A program made the translations under genes and the position numbers. Source: Gallionellaceae bacterium (GTDB lineage Bacteria; Pseudomonadota; Gammaproteobacteria; Burkholderiales; Gallionellaceae). From it: 64,000 nt of DNA. This document shows, piece by piece, positions 9,999 to 20,577 of the stretch (position 1 is the first letter of the stretch; each line of letters begins with the position of its first letter). The notes under the pieces were generated by a model. It saw only the letters and a program-made list of their open reading frames with translations. It had not been told where the DNA came from and did no database searches. The stretch spans positions 9,690 through 73,689 of the forward strand of contig VBWD01000001.1 in the NCBI GenBank assembly GCA_006218055.1. Reading direction: 5' to 3'.

Positions 9999-12929
9999 GT
10001 GAGTGAAATCCCGCAAGCAGTTGCCGTTGATTTCTCCATCGTGGGCATCGGCGCTTCCGCCGGAGGCCTGGAAGCGTTTGAGGCTTTCTTTCGGGCGTGT
10101 CCTCTGGACACGGGCATGGCCTTCGTGCTGGTGCCGCATCTCGATCCTGATCACCACAGTCTTCTGACCGAGATCCTGCAACGTTGCACCGCCATGCCGG
10201 TGGCACAAGCACTCGACCAGACTCAGGTAGAACCCGATCATATCTACATCATCCCACCCAACCGCGAGATGACGATACTCAATGGAGTATTGCAGCTTGC
10301 GCTACCCGATCATGCGCGCGGCCAGCGTTTGCCCATCGACGGTTTTTTGCGTTCGCTGGCCGACGATCAGGCGGAACATGCCATCGGCATCATCCTCTCC
10401 GGCACGGCATCGGATGGCACACTGGGGCTGCGTGCCATCCTCGGTGTGGGTGGCGTATGCATGGTGCAAACGCCGGCCACCGCCAAGTATGACGGCATGC
10501 CGCAAAGCGCGATCAAGGCCGGTTATGCCACGCACATCTTGCCCGTTGGGGAAATGCCGGCGATGTTGCAGGAACTGTCGCGACAACGGGATCGTCGACC
10601 GCAAGCACCGCGAACACAATCAGCCGAAACACTGAGCGGCATGAAGCAGATCATGCTGCAGATCCGCAACAGCACCGGTCACGATTTTTCGCTCTATAAG
10701 AAGAGCACCATCGGCCGCCGCATCGAGCGCAGGATGGCGCAGCACCACATTGAAGACATGGCGGTGTACACGCGCTTCCTCAAGCAGGATCCCGCCGAGG
10801 TGCACGCGCTGTTCAAGGACCTGCTGATCAACGTCACCAACTTCTTTCGCGATGCGGAAGCTTTTGTCGTACTCAAGCAGGACATCTTGCCCGCATTGCT
10901 TGCGGGTAAGCCGGAGGACAATGTGTTTCGCGTGTGGGTGGCAGGTTGCGCCAGCGGCGAAGAAGCCTATTCGATCGCGATCCTGTTGCGCGAGTTGATG
11001 GATGAAGCGCATAAAGATTTCAAGGTGCAGATCTATGCCACCGACCTCGACGCCGACGCCATCAATAGCGCCCGCAGCGGGCGTTACCCTGTTGGCATCA
11101 CGCAGGATGTGAGTCCCGAGCGTCTGCAGCGATTCTTCACCAAAGAGGATGGCGGCTATAAGGTCAAGAAACACATTCGGGAGATGGTGGTGTTCGCGGT
11201 ACAGAGTGTCATCAAGGATCCGCCTTTCACCAAGCTCGATCTGCTCAGTTGCCGCAACCTGATGATCTATCTGGAGCCGGAACAACAAGCCCGCCTGATC
11301 CCCAGTTTCCACTATGCACTCAAGCCGGGTGGGGTGCTGTTCCTGTCGAATTCTGAAAGCATCACCAACCATCCGGAATTGTTCACGGCGCTCAACCGCA
11401 AATGGAAGTTTTACCGGGCCAACCACACCTCGGCCAAACCCAGCGTCATCCTATTCGGGAATCCAAGCATGACAAACCCTAACTTCACCGTCCCCGCCAA
11501 GCTACCCGCCAGCAAAGTCGCGGCGGGCAGCATCGCCGATCTGAGCAACCGCATCCTGCTCCAGTCTTACGCACCGGCTTCGGTGACGACAGACATCCAG
11601 GGCAACATCCTCTACGTGCATGGCGATACCAGCCGCTACTTGCGCCAACCTGCCGGGGTGGTGACGACCAATGTGGTCGAGATGGCGCGCGAGGGTTTGC
11701 AATTGGATCTGCGTTCTGCCCTGCAAGCGGCGGCACAAGGTACGTCCACACTAGGCCGGGAGATGTCGTTAAATACAGAGAGCGGCATGCAGAGGGTGAG
11801 CTTTAGTGTGCGTCTATTGCCAGCGGCAAATACGGATTCAAACAGCGCCGACAGGTTGCTGTTGGTGAGCTTTCAGGACGTGGCTGCGGCTGGTAAGCCC
11901 GCCAGCCGCAGAGGTCGCAAAGGGGCTTCCACCCCGGAAGAGGCGGGACGCACCGCGCACTTGGAACGCGAACTGGCCTATGCCAAGGAGAACCTGCAAG
12001 CCATCATCGAAGAGCAACAGGCGACCAACGAAGAGCTTAAATCGGCCAACGAGGAATTGCAGTCCACCAACGAAGAGTTGCAGTCGTCCAATGAAGAGCT
12101 GGAGACTTCCAAGGAAGAGCTGCAATCGATGAATGAAGAAACCGTCACGGTGAACAGCGAGCTGAACACCAAGATCGAGCAACTGAGCATCATGCAAAAC
12201 GATCTGAAGAACCTGTTCGATAACGTGAACACCGGTATCCTGTTTCTGGACTATCACCTGATCATCCGCAGTTACACCCGCGATGCGCTGAAAGCCTATC
12301 GCCTGATCGCGACCGATGTGGGGCGTCCGCTGGGTGACATCAATTCGAATCTCGAAGGCGAGGAATTGCTCGCCGAGCTGCACGCCGTGCTGGAAACACT
12401 GATCCCGCGCGAGCGTGAAGTGCGTGCCCTGGACGGCACTTGGTATTTGGCACGGATGCAGCCGTACCGCACCTTGGATAATGTCATCGACGGCGTTGTG
12501 CTGACCTTCACCGACATCACGGAAAGCCGTGCGGCCGCGCAGATCAAACTCGCTGCGGTGCAACTGGCGCGCGAGTTGGCCGAAGGTATCGTCAATACGG
12601 TCAGCGAGCCGCTCATCGCGCTCGATGAGAACTTGCGCGTGGTCTCGGCCAACCGTACCTTCTACCAGCACTTTCAGGTCGCACCGGAACAAACAGTAGG
12701 CAGCAAGATTTACGATCTGGGCAATGGGCAGTGGAACATTCCCGCTTTGCGCGAACTGCTTGAGGATATCTTGCCGCAGCAACAGGTGATGGATGGCTTT
12801 GTGGTGGAACACGATTTTCCCGATCTAGGCAGTCGCCGCATGCTGCTCAACGCGCGCCGCATCAAGACCGCATTGGGTGATACCGAGTTGATCCTGCTGG
12901 CGATCGTGGACGTTGGGGTTACCCAGTAG
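9999..12929 (+). CDS. CheB-CheR fusion protein with coiled coil and PAS domains
   Basis: CheB esterase (VGIGASAGGLEA, VPHL, SGTASDG), CheR (LLINVTNFFRD, WVAGCASGEEAYS, SCRNLMIY), NEELQS heptads, two PAS domains; start uncertain (GTG 9999; frame open to 9858). Confidence 0.9.
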   Translation: MSEIPQAVAVDFSIVGIGASAGGLEAFEAFFRACPLDTGMAFVLVPHLDPDHHSLLTEILQRCTAMPVAQALDQTQVEPDHIYIIPPNREMTILNGVLQLALPDHARGQRLPIDGFLRSLADDQAEHAIGIILSGTASDGTLGLRAILGVGGVCMVQTPATAKYDGMPQSAIKAGYATHILPVGEMPAMLQELSRQRDRRPQAPRTQSAETLSGMKQIMLQIRNSTGHDFSLYKKSTIGRRIERRMAQHHIEDMAVYTRFLKQDPAEVHALFKDLLINVTNFFRDAEAFVVLKQDILPALLAGKPEDNVFRVWVAGCASGEEAYSIAILLRELMDEAHKDFKVQIYATDLDADAINSARSGRYPVGITQDVSPERLQRFFTKEDGGYKVKKHIREMVVFAVQSVIKDPPFTKLDLLSCRNLMIYLEPEQQARLIPSFHYALKPGGVLFLSNSESITNHPELFTALNRKWKFYRANHTSAKPSVILFGNPSMTNPNFTVPAKLPASKVAAGSIADLSNRILLQSYAPASVTTDIQGNILYVHGDTSRYLRQPAGVVTTNVVEMAREGLQLDLRSALQAAAQGTSTLGREMSLNTESGMQRVSFSVRLLPAANTDSNSADRLLLVSFQDVAAAGKPASRRGRKGASTPEEAGRTAHLERELAYAKENLQAIIEEQQATNEELKSANEELQSTNEELQSSNEELETSKEELQSMNEETVTVNSELNTKIEQLSIMQNDLKNLFDNVNTGILFLDYHLIIRSYTRDALKAYRLIATDVGRPLGDINSNLEGEELLAELHAVLETLIPREREVRALDGTWYLARMQPYRTLDNVIDGVVLTFTDITESRAAAQIKLAAVQLARELAEGIVNTVSEPLIALDENLRVVSANRTFYQHFQVAPEQTVGSKIYDLGNGQWNIPALRELLEDILPQQQVMDGFVVEHDFPDLGSRRMLLNARRIKTALGDTELILLAIVDVGVTQ

Positions 12930-12931
12930 CC

Positions 12932-15145
12932 ATGAGCGTGAGCGGCAAAAAGGAAACCAACGATCCTCCATTGCGCGAGGCTGCCGAGGCACTCTTGGCC
13001 GTTGCGCTTCCTCCCGCAATCGCGGCACCTACAGCCGATGACCTACTGCACGAACTGCGGGTGCATCAGATCGAACTGGAGATGCAGAATGAAGCCTTGC
13101 GCCAAGCGCAGCTCGCGCTGGAAGTGTCGCGCGACCGCTATGTCGATCTGTATGAATTCGCGCCGGTTGCCTATCTCACGCTTACCTCGGACGGCATCAT
13201 CACGGAGATCAATCTGACCGGCGTCACGCTGCTGGGGAGGGAACGCAACAAACTGCTAAATAAGAGTTTGCGCACTTTTGTCATTGCAGATGCGCAGGAC
13301 AGATGGGTGCGGCATTTGATGGGCGTGAAGAAACAGGACGAAAAGAGCAGTGTGGAACTGGCATTGCAGCGCGGTGATGGTTCGGTGTTCCACGCACTAC
13401 TGGACTGTGTAAGAAGCGAATCCCGGATACGGGTCTCGTTGACTGACATCACCCAGCGCAAGCTGGCGGAGGAGGAGTTGCGCATCGCCGCCGTGGCTTT
13501 TGCATGCCAGAACGGGATGGTCATCACCGACCCGCAGGGGGTGATCTTGCGGGTCAACCCTGCCTTCACACACTTTACCGGCTACAGCGCCGAGGAGGCG
13601 ATTGGGCGGACGCCGGCCATGCTCCACTCGGGACGCCAAGGGCCGATGTTCTATCAGCAGATGTGGGCCACACTCAAGATGAAAGGCTACTGGCAGGGGG
13701 AGATTTGGAACAAGCGCAAAGATGGCCAGATCTACGCCGAGATGCTGTCCATCACCGCCATCGTCAATCCAGACCATCGCATCACCCATTACGTGGGCAG
13801 TTTTACCGACATCACCGAGAACAAGGAAGCCGATGCCGAGATACACCGCCTGGCCTACTACGATCCGCTGACGAAACTACCCAACCGCCGCCTGCTGCAA
13901 GACCGTTTGCAGCAAGCCATCGCCGCCACGACGCGCAGCGGACTGCACGGTGCCATGTTCTTTATCGACCTCGACCATTTCAAGGCACTCAACGATTCAC
14001 GCGGTCATGATATCGGCGATCTACTACTGGTCGATGTGGCCCAGCGCTTGCGTGAAGTGGTGCGTGAAAGAGACACGGTGGCGCGCCAGGGCGGTGATGA
14101 GTTCGTGGTGCTGATGGAAGAATTGGGTACGTCAGCCAGAGAGGCCGCTGTGCTTGCCGAACATCTGGGGGATAAATTGCACGCGGCACTGACTGCGCCG
14201 TTCAACTTGAACGGCTATGAATATCATTGCAAGACCAGTATCGGGGTTGGCCTGTTCCATGCGCATGACACCGTGGAAGACTTGTTCAAACACGCCGACC
14301 TTGCGCTGTATCAGGCCAAGAATTCGGGGCGGGATAAGTTGCGCTTCTTCGATCCCGCCATGCAGGTCACGTTGGATCAGCGCAGCGCCCTGGAGGCCGA
14401 ACTGCACCATGTGATCACGCGCAAGCAACTGAGATTTTTCTATCAGCCGCAGGTGGATGCCGCGCGGCGTGTGATCGGCGTGGAGGCCCTGTTGCGTTGG
14501 CAGCATCCGCAACGCGGACTGGTGGCGCCGGATGTCTTCATCCCGCTGGCGGAAGACACGGGGCTGATCCTGCCGATCGGGAACTGGGCATTGGAAACCG
14601 CATGCGCCCAGATCAAGACATGGGAGAGCGGTGCGCTGACGGGGAGCTTGCAAATCGCGGTCAACGTCAGTGCACGGCAATTCCGCCAAGCTGATTTCGT
14701 GGCGCAGATACAGCGCATCCTAGCCGACAGCGACGCCAATCCGGCCCGCTTGAAACTGGAATTGACGGAAAGTCTGGTGCTGGACGAGATCAAGGACACC
14801 ATCGCCAAGATGCTGGCGATAAAGCAGTTGGGGGTGCTGATCTCAATGGACGATTTCGGCACCGGCTATTCGTCTTTATCCTATCTGGCGCAGTTGCCGC
14901 TCGACCAGCTAAAACTCGACAAGTCATTCGTGCGCAACCTTCCCGGGGTGAACAAAGACGAGACGCTCGCGCGTGCAATCATCACCATGGGGTTGGGACT
15001 CAATTTGAACGTGATCGCCGAGGGGGTGGAGACCGAGCAGCAGCGCGAGTTCCTCGATGCGCACGGTTGCCATGAGTATCAGGGATATCTGTTCAGCCGG
15101 CCGCTGCCGTTGGTGGAGTTTGAGGCGTTCTTGCAGAGCGTTTGA
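12932..15145 (+). CDS. PAS-PAS-GGDEF-EAL diguanylate cyclase/phosphodiesterase
   Basis: LHELRVHQIELEMQNE coil, two PAS, YDPLTKLPNR, GGDEF, EALLRW, DDFGTGYSSL. Confidence 0.95.
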   Translation: MSVSGKKETNDPPLREAAEALLAVALPPAIAAPTADDLLHELRVHQIELEMQNEALRQAQLALEVSRDRYVDLYEFAPVAYLTLTSDGIITEINLTGVTLLGRERNKLLNKSLRTFVIADAQDRWVRHLMGVKKQDEKSSVELALQRGDGSVFHALLDCVRSESRIRVSLTDITQRKLAEEELRIAAVAFACQNGMVITDPQGVILRVNPAFTHFTGYSAEEAIGRTPAMLHSGRQGPMFYQQMWATLKMKGYWQGEIWNKRKDGQIYAEMLSITAIVNPDHRITHYVGSFTDITENKEADAEIHRLAYYDPLTKLPNRRLLQDRLQQAIAATTRSGLHGAMFFIDLDHFKALNDSRGHDIGDLLLVDVAQRLREVVRERDTVARQGGDEFVVLMEELGTSAREAAVLAEHLGDKLHAALTAPFNLNGYEYHCKTSIGVGLFHAHDTVEDLFKHADLALYQAKNSGRDKLRFFDPAMQVTLDQRSALEAELHHVITRKQLRFFYQPQVDAARRVIGVEALLRWQHPQRGLVAPDVFIPLAEDTGLILPIGNWALETACAQIKTWESGALTGSLQIAVNVSARQFRQADFVAQIQRILADSDANPARLKLELTESLVLDEIKDTIAKMLAIKQLGVLISMDDFGTGYSSLSYLAQLPLDQLKLDKSFVRNLPGVNKDETLARAIITMGLGLNLNVIAEGVETEQQREFLDAHGCHEYQGYLFSRPLPLVEFEAFLQSV

Positions 15146-15306
15146 GGTACTTCAGTGAGCGCTTGTGAACTTCGATGTTCGATGGGATGAATGATAACTG
15201 CAGCTTGGTTACAGACCGATATGTGAGATAGGTTTTTAAATCTTGACCGTCTGCTCCGTCCACAACCCGGAAGTTCACCACTCCAATTTATCCGAGTTAG
15301 TGCACG

Positions 15307-16074
<768 letters not shown>

Positions 16075-16078
16075 GGGA

Positions 16079-16576
16079 TCAGCGCAGCAACTCCTCGATC
16101 TTGCGGTTGGCGCCGTGCAGCTTTTTAAAGAGGGCGGTCAACAATGCTTTGTCGATGTAGTTCTTGGCATCGCCTTTGATGCTGTCCAGGCCGGCCTTTT
16201 TGAATTCGGCCACTACAAGATGGTTGTCGGCAGTCACGGTGGCGGAACGTTCCAGTGTCTCGTTGGCGAAGAACACACCTTCGCCGATGCATTCACCACT
16301 GTGGATGACGCCCACAGCCTTACCCCTGTAATAGGCAGTCGCTGTGCCGAAAAGGATGACGAAAAAAGAGGTCATGTCTTCGCCTTCGGTGGTCATCGCC
16401 TCACCTTGTGCAAAGGTCTTGATCTCGGCGTGTTCAGAGATGGGTGTCAGCCACTCACTGGGAATCGGGTCGAAAAAGGAGCACTTGCGCAGTTCGTTGA
16501 AGCGATCCGACGAGGCTTCGTCGAGGCGTTGGGTGAAGCTGGCTAAGCTGGCTTGGATTGCATCGAGATCGTCCAT
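16079..16576 (-). CDS. Stand-alone cyclic-nucleotide-binding-domain protein
   Basis: F..GE....EG.....FFVILFG.A.....G...GE...F.....RSATV.A cNMP pattern, no HTH. Confidence 0.8.
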   Translation of the reverse strand: MDDLDAIQASLASFTQRLDEASSDRFNELRKCSFFDPIPSEWLTPISEHAEIKTFAQGEAMTTEGEDMTSFFVILFGTATAYYRGKAVGVIHSGECIGEGVFFANETLERSATVTADNHLVVAEFKKAGLDSIKGDAKNYIDKALLTALFKKLHGANRKIEELLR

Positions 16577-16663
16577 CGTCTACTCCCAATTTCAAACATG
16601 CGCGCAAGTTACCACAAGCCGCAGCGTGTGTGTTGCAGAGCGCGTTTCAGATAAACTGTGGGC

Positions 16664-17542
16664 ATGGATATCAAGACACAGTGGGACAAAGAGGCTTTAC
16701 TAAAAGCAAAGGCATTCGCTCCTTTGCATCCCGTCATCGCTCATTTGCATGCCGGACATTTTCCGACGTTGCAGGAGTGCAATGCCCTATTGCAGGCGCA
16801 AGAGTCGGCCATCAAAGTCCATAACGGAACTGCGCTGTCCTTCGTGCCACAGGAATACGGCAGGCTGGAATTCGAGGCGCAATACGAGCCGCGTTGTTAT
16901 TTGAAGGGAGAAGTGCCGACACGTGCAGATAACTGGCACGACTTGTTGAATGCGCTGGTGTGGTTGACCTTTCCTAAAGCCAAAGCGGCCATCAATGGGC
17001 GACACTATGCTGCGCTGACCCAAGCTGCTTTGCCGGAAGGGTCAAGCGAGCGGGGCGCAGTGCGCGATGCCATCACCTTGCTGGATGAGTCCGGCGTCAT
17101 CGTTCCGTATGCGGATGATGGCTTGGCTGAGTTGTTGCATGGGTTCCGCTGGAAGGAGTTGTTCTGGCATCAGCGGGCGCTGCTGGAGACCAATATGGGC
17201 TTTTACATCTTCGGGCACGGACTTTATGAAAAGACGCTAAAGCCCTATGTCGGCATGACTGGGCAAGGTTTGTTGCTACCTGTGGTGAAGGAGTTTTTCA
17301 CTTGGCAGCCAGACCAAAGATTGGCACATCTGGATGAGAAATTAGCGGTCTATCTTTTGGAAAAAGATAACGCTTGTAGCACGAGAGAACTTTCGCCTGT
17401 GCCCTTGTTAGGTATGCCGGGATGGAGCGCTGATAACGAAGTGCCGGCGTATTACGACAACACGGACTACTTCCGTTCTGGCAGACAAAGCGCAGCGCAA
17501 CGCAAGCCGCTCAACACTGCGCCTTCCAGCGTCGCGGGGTAA
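16664..17542 (+). CDS. DUF3025-family protein
   Basis: YEPRCYLKGEVPTRADNWHDLLNALVWLTFPKAK, RDAITLLDESG, IFGHGLYEK, PLLGMPGW, YFR. Confidence 0.8.
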   Translation: MDIKTQWDKEALLKAKAFAPLHPVIAHLHAGHFPTLQECNALLQAQESAIKVHNGTALSFVPQEYGRLEFEAQYEPRCYLKGEVPTRADNWHDLLNALVWLTFPKAKAAINGRHYAALTQAALPEGSSERGAVRDAITLLDESGVIVPYADDGLAELLHGFRWKELFWHQRALLETNMGFYIFGHGLYEKTLKPYVGMTGQGLLLPVVKEFFTWQPDQRLAHLDEKLAVYLLEKDNACSTRELSPVPLLGMPGWSADNEVPAYYDNTDYFRSGRQSAAQRKPLNTAPSSVAG

Positions 17543-18840
17543 TCCCCGTCCGTGTAATCGCCCGCCAGCAGCAGGTTGGGGATGGCGGTGCGTTGAGTAG
17601 GACGATCCAGATTCGGTGAGCAGCAGAAGGTCGCGCGTTTCTCCGCGATGACTTTGAACCAATCGGGTCTTGCAACGATACCGAATTCTTCACGCAGTTC
17701 GAAGATGACTTTCTCCGCCAAATCGTCTTGGCTCAACGCTTGATGTATCCCTTCCGCGCTGATGACGGCGGCGAGCAGGCCGTGTTGTGCGGCGATCTGA
17801 CCTTTGTCGAACAACCATTGGCTGAAACGTTGATGCAGTCCGATCATGGGATGGGGCAGACGCACGTGCTGAGGATATTGCAGATACACGGTGTAGATGG
17901 GTTGTTGTTCCAACGCCTCTATTTGCGAGACGGTTTGAGCCATCTCAGGGATAGGGCGTAACAGCTTGGCGGCAACGCTGGGCGGTGCGGCACAGATGAC
18001 GTGGCTGAAGGTGTGATTGCCTTGTGATGTGACTAATTCGAAACCAGCCGAGTTAGGATTTATGTCAGTTAATTTTTTATCAACTACGTCTCCTCCCCCT
18101 TGCAGGGGGAGGAGCGCGTTTATTGCTTCGACTCCGCATGAGGTATAAATCTTTCCACCGTGGCGCTCCACATATTCCGCCGCACGTTGTGGGAACAGCG
18201 CGGTGAAGTCGATGCGCGGCAACAACATGTCGCTATCCGCGCGGTTGCGGTTGAGTGAATCGCGCAACACGTTGAGTAATACCTGTGCTGAGGCCTTATG
18301 GATAGGCGTGTTCAATGCGGCGATACACAGCGGCTCCCACAGCTTGAGGGTGAGGTCGGCATCTTGGCCGAACTCGGCGAGTAGTTGTTGGACGGTCTTG
18401 TCCTGTTCAAGTTTGAAATTCATTCCCTGTAGCTTGAGCATGAAGCCGGCCGCTTTCATGCGCTCACCCCAAGTCAGACCTTGCGCATTGAGTAGTGCGA
18501 CCAGCAGATGCAGCGGAGCAGGGAGGCGGGGTACTTTTAGCGAGAACTGGCCGTGTAGTTCGAGTTGCAAAGGCAGGCGCAGGAAATCTTTTTCTATGTC
18601 ACCCCCCACCAATTCGATGAGTCGCAAGGTCTCACGGTAGCAACCGAGCAGCAGATGTTGTCCGTTGTCGAGCTGCGTGTCGTTATGCAAGACACCGCGA
18701 GCGCGTCCGCCCAGTTGTTTGGCACTTTCAAAGACGGTGACCTTGATGCCGCGCGAAGTCAGCTCGGCAGCAGCAGCCATCCCAGCATAACCACCGCCGA
18801 TGATGGCAGGAGTTATGGATGAAGGGGGAGAGTGCTTCAT
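17467..18840 (-). CDS. hpnE: Hydroxysqualene dehydroxylase HpnE
   Basis: FAD site IIGGGYAGMAAA, LGGRAR, LDNGQHLLLGCY, EKRATF, AGDYT...PATLEGAVLSG; follows hpnD and hpnC. Confidence 0.9.
   Translation of the reverse strand: MKHSPPSSITPAIIGGGYAGMAAAAELTSRGIKVTVFESAKQLGGRARGVLHNDTQLDNGQHLLLGCYRETLRLIELVGGDIEKDFLRLPLQLELHGQFSLKVPRLPAPLHLLVALLNAQGLTWGERMKAAGFMLKLQGMNFKLEQDKTVQQLLAEFGQDADLTLKLWEPLCIAALNTPIHKASAQVLLNVLRDSLNRNRADSDMLLPRIDFTALFPQRAAEYVERHGGKIYTSCGVEAINALLPLQGGGDVVDKKLTDINPNSAGFELVTSQGNHTFSHVICAAPPSVAAKLLRPIPEMAQTVSQIEALEQQPIYTVYLQYPQHVRLPHPMIGLHQRFSQWLFDKGQIAAQHGLLAAVISAEGIHQALSQDDLAEKVIFELREEFGIVARPDWFKVIAEKRATFCCSPNLDRPTQRTAIPNLLLAGDYTDGDYPATLEGAVLSGLRCAALCLPERK
18090..18114. repeat. 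boxC-like palindrome remnant inside hpnE (in frame)
   Basis: CTCCTCCCCCT-TGC-AGGGGGAGGAG, perfect 11-bp stem; encodes LLPLQGGG followed by an AT-rich stretch. Confidence 0.65.
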
Positions 18841-18842
18841 AA

Positions 18843-18918
18843 CCCTCACCCTAGCCCTCTCCCTGGGGGAGAGGGAACGTTTGCTCCTTCCCCCTCTGGG
18901 GGAAGGTTGGGATGAGGG
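18843..18918. repeat. boxC-like palindromic repeat doublet (hpnE-hpnD intergenic)
   Basis: CCCTCACCCTAGCCCTCTCCC-TGG-GGGAGAGGG then CGTTTGCTCCTTCCCCCTCTGGGGGAAGGTTGGGATGAGGG. Confidence 0.85.
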
Positions 18919-18924
18919 AGTGTT

Positions 18925-19758
18925 TTAGTTCGTGAGCCATGCCTTGAATGCCAGCCACAACTTGTAACGTGAAGTGAGCGAGACGCGCTCTTTTAAGACG
19001 TGGCAACCGCTAGAGACGACCTCATCCAGCACCGCGCGATAGATAGTCGCCATGATGAGTCCCACGCGTTGCGCTTTGCGATCTGCAGCGGGTAGATGAG
19101 CTAGTGCTTGTTGATAGAAACGTTGCGCGCGCTCGATCTGGAACGCCATCAATTTTTGGAAGTTGGGAGTTTCGCGTGAATTGAGGATGTCGGCAGCAGT
19201 GACGCCGAACTGTTGCATCTCGTCCATCGGTAGGTAGATACGGTCGCGTCGCGCATCCTCACCCACATCGCGGATGATGTTGGTGAGTTGGAAAGCGATG
19301 CCAAGGTCGTGCGCGTACTTCAACGTTTCGCGGTCGGTGTAGCCAAAGATCTCTGCCGATAGCAGGCCGACTACGGAAGCGACACGGTAACAATATAGTT
19401 GCAGGGATTTGAAATCGGCATAGCGCGGCTGATCGAGGTCCATCTCCATGCCGTCGATGATCTCCAGCAGATGTTCTTGCGGCAGATTGAAACGTTTGAC
19501 GATGGGTATCAGCGCCTGACAAACAGGGTGAGTCGGTTGTCCACCGAAGACCGCCGCCACTTCGTTGCGCCACCAATTGAGCGTTGTGCGTGCCACATCG
19601 GCGTCCGAGCATTCATCCACCACATCATCCACTTCGCGGCAGAAGGCATACAGCACGGTCATGGCTTGCCGTCTGTCTTTAGATAGAAAGCGGAAGCTGC
19701 TAGTGAAGCTAGAGCCGCTTTGTTCGGTCTTGTCTACGCAGTACTGGTAAGAGTCCAT
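18925..19758 (-). CDS. hpnD: Presqualene diphosphate synthase HpnD
   Basis: SGSSF..SF, LYAFCREVDDVVDE, YCYRVASVVG, QLTNIIRDVGEDA. Confidence 0.92.
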   Translation of the reverse strand: MDSYQYCVDKTEQSGSSFTSSFRFLSKDRRQAMTVLYAFCREVDDVVDECSDADVARTTLNWWRNEVAAVFGGQPTHPVCQALIPIVKRFNLPQEHLLEIIDGMEMDLDQPRYADFKSLQLYCYRVASVVGLLSAEIFGYTDRETLKYAHDLGIAFQLTNIIRDVGEDARRDRIYLPMDEMQQFGVTAADILNSRETPNFQKLMAFQIERAQRFYQQALAHLPAADRKAQRVGLIMATIYRAVLDEVVSSGCHVLKERVSLTSRYKLWLAFKAWLTN

Positions 19759-19763
19759 CGGTT

Positions 19764-20573
19764 TCAGAGAGGGGCAGATTTGGCCAGCATGATAACCCAG
19801 TCGAATGGGCGCAATACGGGGCGCTTGTTGAATACGTCGTAGTCGGCGGCTTCGATCTTATCGAGGATGCGTAAGCCGCCTTGAATGATCATGCGCATCT
19901 CCAAGCCGATACGTCCGGTGAGGATGGTGCCGAGTGGTTTGCCGTACAGCATCAATTCGCGAGCACGCTTGATCTGGAACTTCATCAAGGCGCGCCATGC
20001 GTCATCGCATCGTCCTTGCACGATCTGTTCTTCGCTTACGCCAAAGCGGGTCATCTCATCTTGCGGCAGATAGATGCGGGCTATGGCGATGTCCTTTGCC
20101 ACGTCTTGCCAGAAGTTGATGAGCTGCAATGAGGTGCAGATGGCATCGGAGTAGGCGAGGTTGACCGGCGTGGCTTCCTCGTACAGATGCAACAGCAGAT
20201 TGCCAACAGGGTTGGCAGAACGGCGACAGTAATCGAGTAGTTCGTCGTAGTTCGCGTAACGTTTCTTCACCACGTCCTGCGAGAAGGCATCGAGCAGATC
20301 GTGCATGGGTTGCATCGGTAATGCATGCTGTTTGAGCTCGTTAGCGAGGTGCTGAAACAAGGGCATCAGCGGTGTTTCGCCTGCTGCGATGTGATGCAAC
20401 TCATCACGGAAATCGTCGAGTTGCCGCAGTCGTTCTTTATTCGAGAGTTCGCCTTCATCGGCGATGTCGTCCGCCGCACGCGCAAAATGATAGATGGCCG
20501 CGACTGGCTTGCGCAGTCGCTTGGGCATCAGGATTGAAGCGACGGGGAAATTTTCGTAATGGTCTACAGACAT
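19764..20573 (-). CDS. hpnC: Squalene synthase HpnC
   Basis: Start MSVDHYENFPVAS (ATG 20573), FARAADDIADEG, YCRRSANPVG, QLINFWQDV. Confidence 0.93.
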   Translation of the reverse strand: MSVDHYENFPVASILMPKRLRKPVAAIYHFARAADDIADEGELSNKERLRQLDDFRDELHHIAAGETPLMPLFQHLANELKQHALPMQPMHDLLDAFSQDVVKKRYANYDELLDYCRRSANPVGNLLLHLYEEATPVNLAYSDAICTSLQLINFWQDVAKDIAIARIYLPQDEMTRFGVSEEQIVQGRCDDAWRALMKFQIKRARELMLYGKPLGTILTGRIGLEMRMIIQGGLRILDKIEAADYDVFNKRPVLRPFDWVIMLAKSAPL

Positions 20574-20577
20574 GCGT

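Noticed and set aside
12020-12140. 21-nt periodic sequence resembling a repeat array
   Set aside because: Explained by NEELQS heptads of the CheBR protein; no spacers, so not CRISPR
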